Positions 35,997-49,019 of a DNA stretch of 64,000 nt are shown here, piece after piece (the stretch's first letter is position 1; every line of letters starts with the position of its first letter). This DNA comes from Marsupella aquatica (lineage: Eukaryota > Plantae > Marchantiophyta). Both the position numbers and the translations under genes were made by a program. The notes beneath the pieces are model-generated. The model was not told where the DNA came from. It saw only the letters and a list, made by a program, of their open reading frames with translations, and made no database searches. The stretch spans positions 12,340,238 to 12,404,237 of the forward strand of contig OZ316892.1 of NCBI GenBank assembly GCA_973895155.1, in the 5' to 3' direction.

Positions 35997-38900
35997 TCAC
36001 GTTTGGCCAGGCCTTCGTTGGCTGCCATCAACCCAAGAAACTTTCAGCTTAGGTTTCGAGGTCCTCTTCCCAACTTTGGTAGACCCCTGCAACCCACTTT
36101 TCTCATTACCGCCTTGACTCTCAGCGGGCAACCTCTGGGCCCTTCTATTACTCACGAGCCCCGGGCTATTGACATTATTCCCACTGGGTTCTCGATACTC
36201 TTCCCCAATTTGACTAACACTAAACAATCCGCTTCTCGGTAATTTGCTGGCAACTCTTTCTCTACCATTCCGCTTTTTCTTAAGGACTACTAGATCAACA
36301 GGATGAACTATCCCTCCACCCATCCTACTCTCATCTACTTTATCATCTAACTGAAGTCCTCCATTCTTCTTCACATCTTTGCCTTTCCTCTTCTCTTTAT
36401 GGACAGATTTTTCCTTTACCGCGCCATCTGCAGATTCGCTTACTTGCTGGACAGCAGTGCGTGCCGAACGCCATCGGGTGGTTGGTGCAATAGTCTCACT
36501 TTTTGACCTTGGAGGCTCACTACTGTCATGGGGCTCCATTTTGTGAGATCCAGGAACCGAAACAGGACTAGGCTGCCTAGCCACAGCCACAATCTTTGTC
36601 CTTACTGGACTGAAATCCACATCTGGGAACTGAAGACTCATCCGTTGGAAAAACAAGGCTTGCAGTCGACGCGCATCAGCCTGGACCTACACAAACATGG
36701 TACAGACTTCAGACACTGACGAATTCTGGATTCAACTCTTTGGACTATTGTTCACCACCAACATCAGAAATGGCATCGATCACATTGGGGACCAGAGATC
36801 TACAAATTTTACGAAGAAGCTATGACCCATATAATTGAAAACATGGCTCGAGAGTGTTCCATATGGTCCTCTGGTACATCATCTAGAAAAAATAAGTTAT
36901 GAGACTTCGGTCACTAATTAAGCATTTGAAATGGTGACTATTCAATACAGGGCTGTAGCAAGTTGTGCTTGCAGAACGTTCCCAGTAAAATGGCATACCT
37001 CAGAAGTCTGGTTGTACCGAACAGCATTGTCGAGCATTAATTGTACATCTGCCGCAAAGTCTAGCACTCCCGGATATTCAAAATGGTCGAGGCGGTGCTC
37101 AATTATACGAGCATCGATTGGCTTTGTGATAACTTTATAATAATCTGGCAACTCGCTCCGTTTTGGAAGCTCCATAAACAAAGCCGCGATTGTACGCCCT
37201 TCCCTGTTTACAGCCCCTTGCAGCTTGCCCAGCACTGCCTTACACTACATAAACATTCAAAAACTTCATCAGCAAGTCATTTGGTATGAGGGCCATGCAC
37301 ATCCCTCGCCTTTTGAGATCTGCTCAAGCTCCACCTTGCTATCAATACCCAAACCGGACACATGCCACACAGAGAAACATAAACCGTGTACTCATTCATT
37401 AATGAGTCCAAACAGAGTAGCGTTAAAGGTCTGAATGAGATACTTGAAGCGAAGGGTTCAGGCGTTTACCTTCTTCTGTTGACTCTCGGGCATCCGGGCG
37501 GTGGCATTCCAATTCGCCAATGCATTACTATGAGCCACAGCATTGGTGTGGGCCAGCATATGAGCATGTGTAAGCCTCACATCCTCCGCTGGCTCTTGAA
37601 AACCATTCAACCAATTGTTCTTGAAAACAATTCGGGGTCCTTGAGGTGCAGCCAGTAGGTTTTCAAATGGCCTGACACTGGTGCTGGGAGGTATTAGTTG
37701 TCCAATGTTAGCAGGGGGGCCCCATTGGAAAGGCCTCTCGTGTTGCATATCGACCACATCCGCAATCCTTTGCGCCTGAACTTGCCTCGGACCAAGTCGT
37801 GAAAACTGTGCTCCGAAAGGAAACATTGCATTTATGCCAACAACTCCGCTGTTACTTCTGTCACTAGTTTCAACAAAATGTGACATTTTCCTATGGCGAT
37901 TGCTACGCTTGCGCTTTCTTTGTGCTGGCTTTGTAACTTGTTCCTCTTCCAGGTCCTCCCTTTCCAAGAGCCAGCTCTCAGACCTTCGATTGTCTTGGGA
38001 CTCATCGCCAGAAACTGCTATCTCGCCTTCTTCCAAATCTTCATCCTGCTAGACATATATATGCCCATTTCCAGCTATCAAAACCTAGCTCTCGCTTTCA
38101 CTTTCAATGCTGCACAAATCGTCTTTCAAAACCAATTGCGCACCCTGTCCAAGACCTAGAGGTTGTGTAGACAGCTTTTACACTGATCCTAAACCATACT
38201 TGCACCACTGACAGAAAATACTCTATGTCAAGATTATTACATAAAAAGCTTAATACAAATCCATCCATTTGAGAAACAAAGATGACGGCACATCCAGCAC
38301 CTCATACCTCTTCATGTATAGACTGCCTTCCTTCTATAGCAGCCAGAGAACCGAATCTCCTGGTTTGCCCGTTCTGGACCGACCTATTACCGCTATCCAG
38401 CGGCAAAACTCTTCGCATCATCTCCTCTCCATCATCCGACGACGGAGGACTTGACGAATGTTCATGATCATTCTCTACTTCCTCAATTATCTCCTCAGCA
38501 AAGCCATCAGTTCCCACTTGGCCCTCCTCCATTTCACCTTCTTCAAGCTCGACATCGGCAGGGAGATTGGGTCCACTCTCAGCCAATTCGGCTATCTCTC
38601 CGTCCTCTTCCTCTTCAACGCTCGCTAGCTCTTCTTTCGTCACCGGTGCTTCCTTTGCCTCACCTACATCTTCTACTTTAGGGAACTCGGTTATAGACTC
38701 AGCCTCCCCCCCAAGTTTCTTTTGTTTCTTGTTTTTTTTCCCTTTGGGAAAACCGAACAATGCTTCCTCTTGATCTGATTCTGACTGTCGTTTCAAGGAC
38801 AAAGCCTTTGCCTTCGCAGCCTTCACAAGCAACCTCTCCTCCGCTTCCTTCGTGCCGACAGTCCCAATTAGCCCTTGCTTCAGGGCTTGTTTGGAAGTAG

Positions 38901-41900
38901 CTGCTACAGCTGCATTGACCTCTTGTGAGCCAACACGTAACCATTTTGGAACTTGCTGGTGTTTGATCAGCTCCCCTGGCCAATTCTCTTCGTCATCCAT
39001 CTGATCAAAAAGCTCCAACTCTTCATCTGTCCGAGCAATCATCCGGTTCACTTCTTGAAGTGTTGGGACATCATGGACCGTTTCTTGATACCTTTCCTCA
39101 TCATGCAGAAGAGCTTCCAATGTTAACCTTCGTTCCTCTTGACTGGTCCGTTGGTCAAACCGGCCCGCATTGATGACCTCGTCGGCCATATCAATCTTGT
39201 GCTGTTGAATGTTGTTCCGAACGAGACTCTCCACTGAACCCATGTACCGATCCTTACCAGCCATTTCATCGTCACTGTCAACTGTCCCTCCGCTTCTTAT
39301 CTCATCTTCTTTCTGGTAGCTTGATAATGTCTCAACCACTGCCTCCATGTATATTACCCTCACTTCCCGTTTTTGTCCAATTCTATGTGCACGCGCTACT
39401 GCTTGCTCTTCATTTTTTGGATTGGGGTCAGGATCATAAATTACCACAGTGTCGGCAGACTGCAGATTTAAACCCCTCCCAGCAGCTCGTATACTGAGCA
39501 AAAATATGAAAATTTCTGAACCGGGTCGATTGAATTCTACTATGGATGCTTCTCGTGCATCCAACGTAGTTGTTCCATCAATTCTTCGGTATTTCAACCT
39601 ACGCCATTGTAGATATTCCTCCAATATGTCAAGCAACCTTGTCATAGTACTGAAGAGAAGGACACGGTGCCCAGTTCTATGTAGCTTGACCAAAATTCTG
39701 TCCAGAATCCACAGCTTGCCACAACCTCGTACGGAAGTATCATTTAGCATATGTCCACGAGGAGGATAGTTCAGGTGAGGATGATTGCAGATCTTCCTCA
39801 GCTCCATACATTTATTCTGCAGTGGCGCATAAGCACGAATCTGACGCTTACTATTTCCAGCTACTCTCTGAGCCTCATCAAATGGGTCAAGCCGAATAGT
39901 CCCTGTGGCCTTGACCCAATCATAAATGGCTGCTTGAAAACCTGACATCTTACACTTCAGGACAACTGACACCTGTCAACCAGGCATAAACCAAATCAAT
40001 TCAGATAGGAAATCGCTACCCAGAGGAATATGATTTCTCAAAATGCATCCAGGATCCTGGAAAAGTCCAGTTTCCTAGAATGATCCAACTGCTTTAACAG
40101 GAAAGTTTGAATATTTCCGGTACAATCCAAAGAGAACTATAGCTGTAATTGAAACAAATGAATTACAAGACTACCTTCGCTGGAAGAGATCCTTCGACAT
40201 CTTCCACTCGGCGTCGGAGCATGAATGGTTCAAGGATTTGATGCAACCTATGAATAACAATTACTTTCTTTTCTGTCTCTAGCCAATCATCCTCATCACT
40301 TTGACCAGCAGGTGCATCTCTCTGAAACGGTTTGGCAAACCAGTCATTGAAAGCTTTACTGCTGTCAAACACATCCGGAAGCAGAAGATTGAGAAGTGAC
40401 CACAGTTCATTCAAGTCATTCTGCATGAAACCAAGACACCCATGAGCACTTTGGCTGCAAAAAATGCGAGATGCATTCTTGTGAGTAAAAAGAAAACTCT
40501 TCGAACAGCAGAGTCTTCCGGGGTAAGCATTCCTAACGTCCAGACAAAATCCAGAATCCAAGAGCCTAAACATTTTACCTTGAAACTAATTGAGGAAACT
40601 ATCAAGCATTTTGCACTTTCATACTAGCTGCCTAATAAAAGTGGAGGTTGACAGTTATAAAACTAGCAGACAGCCCAAGCAAGTACAAAATGAGAAAATA
40701 GGAAGAATGTTCGCACGACAATTATATATTAACTCCTAAGCAATCAATTGAAGATTTGAAAGTTGCACCAACCTGCAATGGTGTCCCTGTGAGAAGAAGT
40801 CGACGCTGAACTCGAAAACGGTCTAAATCCCTGGCAAGGCGCGACTCTCGGTCCTTCATTCGTTGTGCCTCATCGATTATCATGTACTTCCAATCCACCT
40901 TAGATAGCTTTGCACGATCCCGCATGATAAACTCGTATGTTGTAACTAAAATATTAAATTTCATAGCTGTAACTTCCTACATTCCCAGCCAATCAACAAT
41001 CTGCGATTTCAAATACTCCGCCACAAATCATCGCAGCAACTAGGTTATTCAGATCCTCATCGCTCACGTTCAGGACGCTAGCTATAAACACTTACAAGGG
41101 AGCAAATATGAAGTTCAGTGACTTCACCATCCAAATTACCTGCATGAATATTTTGGTGCGCGCTTCTTTCCCACCAACGTAAAATATACATGAAACCGAA
41201 GGAAGCCACCGCGCCAACTCACTCTGTGCCAGCAAATGAGAAGAATATTTAGGGAAACTATTCTACAGCTACAGGAACGTACTTCATACCGTATCACCGC
41301 GATACTACTAATAAATCGGCTAATCCACATTTAAGAGACCTACCACACTGTGAAAAGTTATAACCAAAGGATAGCCTTCCCAATATACGATCTACCCATG
41401 TTCTCACCTTCCAGTTGACGATTACTGCATTTGGAACAATGATGAGATGGGGACCATAGTTGCCTTTGAATTCCATCAGATATGCAATGAGGGCCATAAC
41501 CTGTCATGATCAGTTGAAGTAGTCAACAAGTTAAACTTAAACTTATGTCCAGCCTTGTTCAAGAATTACACATAATTCACAAAATTAAGTAACTCCGTAA
41601 GAACAGATCACATGTGTAGACAAGCCAATGTTGCAACATGGCGTACCTGTACAGTTTTACCCAAGCCCATCTCATCAGCCAAAATTCCATTCAACCTATT
41701 ATTATAGAGGGACAGCATCCATTGAAGACCCACCTGCAGGGAACAAAGCTCTTAGTTTGTAAAGATCTCAAGATTAGACATGTAACCTCTCACTGGACAA
41801 CATTAAATAGAAATGCATTCGATTCAAAAAGTTTTGAATAGCTTACAAGCTGGTAGTCCCGCAAAGTTCCTGCCCGAAGCATTGAGGGCTGCCTCAATAT

Positions 41901-44443
41901 TTGCTCGTTCACAGCATGAGCTAAACTGTAATATCTGGAAACAAAATCAATAAAACCGAGCTCATCAGATACAATGCTTATTGCAACAATCAAACCAAAC
42001 TTCGTTACAAATATCTGTCGCCTGCAGTCCTGCCATGTAGTCCACACAGATCTTCTAAATGGAAGCAACAGGCCACATAAATTCACTAATGCTGACGCGT
42101 ATGATCAACTCCGGATGACTATTCAATCTACAGCGATACAGGAGACACCTAGCAGGTGTATACATCCCCTCTGAAGAGAATGAATAATACCCAGTTAACT
42201 TCACACGCATTAGGATTTTAAGAGGAAGACAGTAAGAATACAAAAAGAAATACAAACTAGAGAGGCACCACGAAATTCAAATGACAGATGCTCCAGGAAC
42301 ACTCCTATAAATAGCAAAGTGACGAAACAAACGTACCTATTTACAGATGAACTCTTCAGAGCATCATCGTCTTCAGACCAATCCTTTCTTGACACCTCCT
42401 CTCCTGCTCGAGCGGCGGCTTGTTCTACCTCCTCTTCAGAAAATCCCTGCAAATTCACAAAACTCAAATGAAGGAGCATCCTCAGCAAGCGTGGCCTCTT
42501 TACAAATCACGAGAAAATCAATGAAAAAACCATATTCTGAATGACAAGATATGTGAATCGCCGAGCACTAGGTGAACTTCAATCGTTTGCTGCTATACCT
42601 GGGCTCGTGCTGCTGTAGCAGCAAACAAGGCTGCTTCTTCTCGCTCTTGTTGATTCTTCACTGCAGATATTTTCCCCCCCAACTTTTGAAGGTACTCCTC
42701 TGTTTGTGTGAGAAACGATGAGAGAACTTCAAATCGCTCCCCTGCGTCACCTGGCATCTGTGTTTGCTGCTGCCTGAGCATCTCTCGGTAAGCATCAACA
42801 TCGTTGTTCTTCAGGGCTTCCATCCTCTTTGTTCTGTCCTCGTCTTTCCTCTTTGAAAACTCCCTGAGCAATTTTTCATGATATTTCGCAACACCTCTGT
42901 TACGTGAAATTCGGGAATCTCGAGTAGCCCATTGTGCCTCCAGCAATTTCTTCCTCCACTGAAATAACGCCTTCAACTGCTTCTCCCTATTACTCTTCTG
43001 AAACATAATCACTTGCCGCGACAAATCTAAACGCTGCCGTTCACAGAGTCGCACAAACTTTCGGTATGCCCTCTCTCCCATAGCCATTATCTCCTGCTGC
43101 TGCTCCTCAACCTCATCCCTTACTCTTGATTGAAGCTCCATCAGAAGCAGCTTCCGTTGCTCAATTCGTAACTTGAGCAGAATATCTGGAACAAACTCTT
43201 TGTTCTCCGATCCAGCAGTAAGCAAAGATTCTATTTTTTTAAGTTTCTGAGTGCGTCTTCTGTCCACCGTCCTCACTCCCTCTTCCAGTAACAGCACCCG
43301 AACATCGTATCCAAGGATAACTGGTTCACCCCATACCCCTGCCTGGGCACCTGACAAAACACCTCCATCTCCTTTTTTTGAAACAGATGGAAAGTCAAAC
43401 AGCGGACCCTGATGGCTGCGAATGACTAGTGAACCCTTTTGGTTATTCAAACTGCTGGCAGCTTTGGCAGGGCCCTGTTTCGCAATGTCAGCACCGCCAG
43501 TACGAGGAGAGTTCTTTGTGACAGCAGGAGTACTCTTCCCGGGTACAGGCTCTGCCTTCGTTGATTTCACCACTTTCATTGATTGCTCGGTTTGGACGTG
43601 ATCAGGCAAGACCAATTTGTCTACTTCGCCAAGAACAGGTGGCACAGTGGCATTGGCTGCACTCGAGGCTATTTGCTGGCTCGGGAATAATTTACTCTCT
43701 TGACTCATTGAAGACTCTTCTACCTTCCCAAGTGAAAGATCTTGGGCGGGAGGAACCACATCCTGCTTAGAATACGATTGCCGTTTTTCATCCCTCTGCT
43801 CAGAGGCTATTGGGATCCTAATTTGACGATTTGAAGGGCCAGAGATAGAACTTGGCCCTCGATCAGGAACACTGGGTTGGCTGACAACTGCACGGGGTTG
43901 ATGAGATATGGGTAAATTGAGCGGCTGCGGAGTGATTGCTTGCAGCAAATCATCGGACAGGTGCTCATTTTTCTGAGCAAGAATGTCGACAACGATGATC
44001 GAATTAGAGATCGCCTTCGTGACTAGGTTTAATAAGAGTAACCGAATTGTAAATAGAGACACAGAAATTACCAGCGAGAATCAAATGTTTTACCTTTATG
44101 CGCCGAAAAGCTAAAATCTGTGACCGCAGCACGTAGAGCTGATGACGGGTGAAGCCAATCTCCTGATGCACAAGGTTTTGTTGCAGTGGCGGCATAATTT
44201 GTTGCTGCTGCTGTTTTTGCGACAAGAGCTGCTGATGCTGCTGTTTCTGCTGAAGCTGCTTCTGGAGAAGCTGCTGCTGTTGTTTCTGTACCAGCTGTTG
44301 CTGCTGCTGCTGCTGCTGCTGTTTCTGTAGCAACTGTTGTTTCTGAAGAAGCTGTTGCTGCTGCTGTTGTCGTTGTATGAGCTGTTGCTGTTGCAGGAGC
44401 TGATGATGATGATGAAGTTTTTGGTCCTGCTGCTGTTTCAGAA

Positions 44444-44474
<31 letters not shown>

Positions 44475-47400
44475 GTGTTGCTGTTCCTGTTGTTGAAGGA
44501 GCACTTGCTGCTGCTGGTTTTGCTGCTCCTGCTGCTGCTGTTCAAGAAGCTTCTGCTGTTGATGGTGCTGTTGCTCATGCTGCTGATGCTGAAACTGTTG
44601 CTGTACCATTTGCTGCTGTTGAAACTGTTGATGCTCTTGCAGCTGCTGCAGCTGCTGCGATTGTTGAGAGTGAACTGGAAGAGGACTTTCAGAAGAATTG
44701 CGGGGTGGTAAACTTGGTCTCAGGGCCTGCTGCTGTTGTAGCTGACGTTGTAACATTTGCTGTTGTTGTAATTGTTGCTGCATTTGCTGAGATGGACCTG
44801 GAAAGGGAGCTTCAGGTGACTTGTGAGAATGCAGACTCGGTCTATTAACCTGCTGGTGTTGCTGCTGCAATTGCTGTAATATCTGCTGCTGTTGCAACTG
44901 TTGATGTTGTTGCAGCTGCTGTTGAGATGATCCCGGAAAAGAAGATTCACCCAACTGAAATGGTGCCATGCTAGGTCTGCCGACCTGCTGGTGCTGTTGA
45001 AACATTTGCTGCTGCTGCTGCTGCTGCTGCTGCAACTGCTGATTCTCTTGAAGCTTCTGTTGTTGTTGAGACAGGCCAGCAAAAGAAGCATCGCTAGACT
45101 TGTGAGATGGGTGAACTGATCTGACCAGCTGCTGCTGCTGTAAATGTTGAAGAATTTGCTGGTGCTGCAACTGTGAATGCTGTTGCAGCTGCTGAGGTTG
45201 CTGGGAGTGCCCTTGAAGAGAACCTTCACCAGGATTCTGAGATGATGAGAGACCTGGCTTCAAGACCTCCTGCTGTTGTTGTCTCAACTGCTGCACTTGG
45301 AAAGTACTTGGAATAGCTTGAATGTTACTTCTTGGTGAAACATTCATCTTCAAGGTCCCAGGTGATGTAGACATGGACGACAACATACCTGTTGTCATTT
45401 GGGGCCTACTGGTATTATTAGATACCCTATCCACAGCAGCTTCTGTCATGAGACCTCCAGGTTGCTGAAAGGATAAAAATGTTGATCCTGGCTCGGGGGT
45501 ACCGAGGAAAGATGCCGAGGATCCAGCCGAGTGAACAGTCCCAAACAAACTTGAAGTAGCCAGATGATTGGTCGTAGGAATTTCCTGCATGCTGGGACTA
45601 TTCACTGCTGACGAGAGCAGATGTGATGCCGACGATATTTGCTGTTGAGGTGCAAAACTGCCTTGGGAACCTTTCTGAATAACAGCTAAGTGAGCCTGAA
45701 GTTGAGGAATATATTGGGATGCCAACTGACCATGCGATGAAACCGGGGCTTGAGACACATTTTCCAACATTCGGGTTTGAGCTTGAGCTTGAGCTTGAGC
45801 TTGAGCTTGAGGGCTTGGGGCCATAGATTGCTGTAACCCCGGTGAAGAAGCAGCCATGCTTCCATATTGTAGATTCAGATTACTCTGTGGGCGCTGCGAG
45901 TTCTTCCCGTGGGCTGAAGATGGCCTGCTTGAGTTTGCTGGTGAATGACGTTGTGGCTGCTGTGTTTTATCACTCCACCCCTCCTCACTAGTGCGCACCT
46001 GTTGCGCATTCAACTGAGGACTTTGCAAAAAGGAATGCGACTGTTGTTTCAGATTGCTCGCCTGGGGCATTAACTCCTGGGCCTTCAAATTCCTCTCTGC
46101 CTGAGATTCTGTAGGCAATCCTGCTTGATTATAAGACTGAAGCTTTGTAGGTTGACCCTTAACAGAAGCCTGTACTTTGAGCTGGGCAGAATGTAATGCA
46201 TGCTCTAAATAGGCTTGGCTCTGCAGCTGTCCTGGTCCATAGTCTGCAGCGGATCGGCTGACAGCCTGCACATCATTGGCTGTTTGCCCAAGCCCTTGCT
46301 GTTGAGATCCATCCAGGACAGGTCTTGGTGGAACCGGCAGTGACAGTGGGCCACCCGGCCCAATGCCACTACCGCCACTAATTTCAAAATTACTCGCTGC
46401 AGACTTCGCTTTAAGAAATGAGACCAAGTTCTTATATTGCGGAGAGTCGAGATATTGCTGACCACTATCTCTGAGTTGCTGGACCTCTTGCAAAGCCTGC
46501 GATTAACCGACAACATTGGACATTGATTTGAGAAACAAGGGTTCAAGAAAATTGCTTTGAGATATCTCACTCTATGTAACTGTCAAAAATTGCATGACTC
46601 CCGAACCCATCCATAAAACGAACGTCCAGATCACAAGGAACACGAGCCCATTATATCAATCCTATATCGCCTAAACAATCGAAGAAAACTAATTTATTTA
46701 GCCAATTCATTAACGAAAACATTCTATACTCTTCCGAGAAATACAGAGGTCGCGACAAGATGGGCACATAAATTGTTGATATCAAAAAGATCCGCTGAAT
46801 AAATAGAAACACAGAGAGCAGCAGATAAAAGTTGATTTGAGCGTTATCCTTGTCCACCTAAACTGTTAAAGTGCACTCAACAGGTGAAAAGGGACAATTT
46901 AAAGATCAAACTTGTAATGTTTCACAATCTCTACCCCCTCATGATCTCTTGCGATCACATATCATTCAACTAGGCGAGCATGACTCAGTGTTCTTACAAT
47001 TATATCAAAGGTCCTCTCTCCGACAAGCCGAAGTGCTCCACCGAAAGCGGAACAGCTATATATGAGACTTCGTACCCAAAATAAATACAGCTATGGACGC
47101 AATCCAAAGACTGGCAACCTCCTGAGCAGTAATTACATAACCACGATGATTGGTTGCTTAACGAGTGCGTTCCAATAAACTCTTGCCAGAAACGGTGACA
47201 GAAATATAGGCCAGAAGCCAGTTTGAACCCTAAAGCCATGGTCACAGATTAGCCGATCCACAATGGCATACGAAACTCGAGAAATCGATTTCATCTCGAT
47301 TCCAAGCACGGGATGCAAGCCCGAAAGCAGATGTATTTTTTTTGCTAACACGGCTATCTATCCATTAGGTTCTTGAAACAGACCATCACAGAACATATGA

Positions 47401-48573
47401 GGACATACCACAACGGATCGAATTGGCAGCCTATCCATCACTGTTCTCAACTAGATGAGAAAAATCTTCTGTGAAGGACTCCTCCTCGAGTTGGGAGGGT
47501 TGACACGAATTATTCATCCAAGGATAATTAAATTGTCACGGAACACTAATCTGGACCAATAGGGCCGTGCCCTTATTCCGGCCACATAGGAGTCCTACTG
47601 AGGAAAGGGGATGACAACCTGGAAGGTGAACAGCAACTGAGTTCACGCACCTTCTTCAACGCATGACCTTTCAGAACCAGACGACAGGAGAAGTCGTAGG
47701 GAGAGACCCGCGGTTCTAGCAATATTAAGATCTTGTTCACGAAAGCTCCCATCCAATCTGAACAGCGAAGAAGTATTGCTTCCCCCCATGACTCCATCTA
47801 CAAGAAACTGGTTCATTGGTGCATTTGTGGTAATAATTATCAACACTACGAGTGCTGCGGGAGTCATACCATAAACATTTCAACTCCGTGACCAAGAAAA
47901 AGCGTACATGATTGGTGGCAGAAAATTCGTTCGCTCGTTATCAATTTGACAACTATCCAAGAACAAACCCTAAAATTAGGGCACGACCCACGTAACCATA
48001 GCAAGTACCGCTATCACCCCTCTATCCGACGCGAATTGTGAAAGCTAACCACGCAGCGTTCCGGAGAGAAGAATCGGATCCAATTAGCGTCACCAGCAAA
48101 CGTAGAACCAAAAAATGGCTGCATATGTTTGAAAGGAAAGTTCTAAGGGATTCAAATCAAATGACGAGTAATAGCACGAAACGAGCGATCACCTCGAACG
48201 TTCAGGCATACAGGCATATACACGTGTTGAAATCAAGAGACTTTCAAAAAGTCCATAGCCCGAACGAAGAGGGCCAGACCAATCAAAGCCATCAAAGAAA
48301 AATTGGGCACGGAGCCACATCGTCCGTATCGCAGGGGAAAAGCCAGATGCCCAAATCGACCTGGCAGAGACAAGCACGGCACGGGACAGCCCTAACAAAT
48401 ACCGAATCCTCCGGAGCCACAAAACTCAAATCAATCGACCCATAATCCTCACCAATGGTGACACAAGCAACCTTCAAAGGTCCCGCACATGCCTAAACGC
48501 AATCCGCTAGGTGAGTTTACTGTACCTTTAACAGAGAGGTGTTAGATAATGGCTCGTCTCCACCCTCATGCAT
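35997..48573 (-). CDS. BRM: BRAHMA-type SWI/SNF chromatin-remodelling ATPase (polyQ, QLQ, HSA, SNF2 ATPase, SnAC, bromodomain)
   Basis: Exons 48573-48526 (tentative first exon), 46496-44094, 43972-42599, 42446-42337, 41934-41847, 41733-41647, 41500-41408, 41223-41140, 40976-40773, 40420-40175, 39972-38308, 38045-37470, 37244-36999, 36686-35997. QLQ ([17 protein letters not shown]), HSA ([11 protein letters not shown]), [29 protein letters not shown] and the BRM-specific [22 protein letters not shown], plus a C-terminal bromodomain. Confidence 0.95.
44140..45300 (-). repeat. Coding CAG/CAA polyglutamine-rich tract within the large BRM exon
   Basis: Long interrupted (CTG/TTG)n runs on the + strand, encoding Q-rich sequence. 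Confidence 0.95.
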
Positions 48574-48835
48574 TTTTTCCTGTACAGCTTCAAGCCTTTT
48601 TTCCAGAAACCCAAGCTGGCTCGCTCGACCAGTATATCTTCGCCCTCCCTCTCTGCCTGCCTGCCTCCCTCCCCTGTCTGCGCGTCTCCGCTCTCTTTCC
48701 CTCTTTCCACCTAGCTCACCTTCCTTCCTTCGTGGCCGCACTTACTCAGTACGCCTGGTCGCCTCCTCTGCTACGCTACCGCACCAATATCCCATCGTGT
48801 AGTGTGTTGCGCAGAGCTGCTACGTTTACGTCCCA

Positions 48836-48917
48836 GCCTGAGCCTGAGCCTGAGCCCGACACGGACGGACGGACGGACGGACGGACGGACGGGAGACTCG
48901 GGACTCGGGACTCGGGA
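48836..48917. repeat. Compound microsatellite (AGCCTG)n-(ACGG)n-(GGGACTC)n near the probable BRM 5' end
   Basis: Directly visible adjacent short tandem runs, followed by an AT-rich stretch. Confidence 0.85.
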
Positions 48918-49019
48918 TTTCTTCCTTCAACACCAGAAGGCAGGTACATTTATTTACTATTTATAATTCATTTCTATTATATTTTTATATTATATTATAT
49001 TTATTTACCGGGGGCGGAG

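Noticed and set aside
44142-45229. Leucine-rich and serine-rich ORFs overlapping BRM
   Set aside because: These are antisense or alternative-frame readings of the CAG/CAA polyQ tract.
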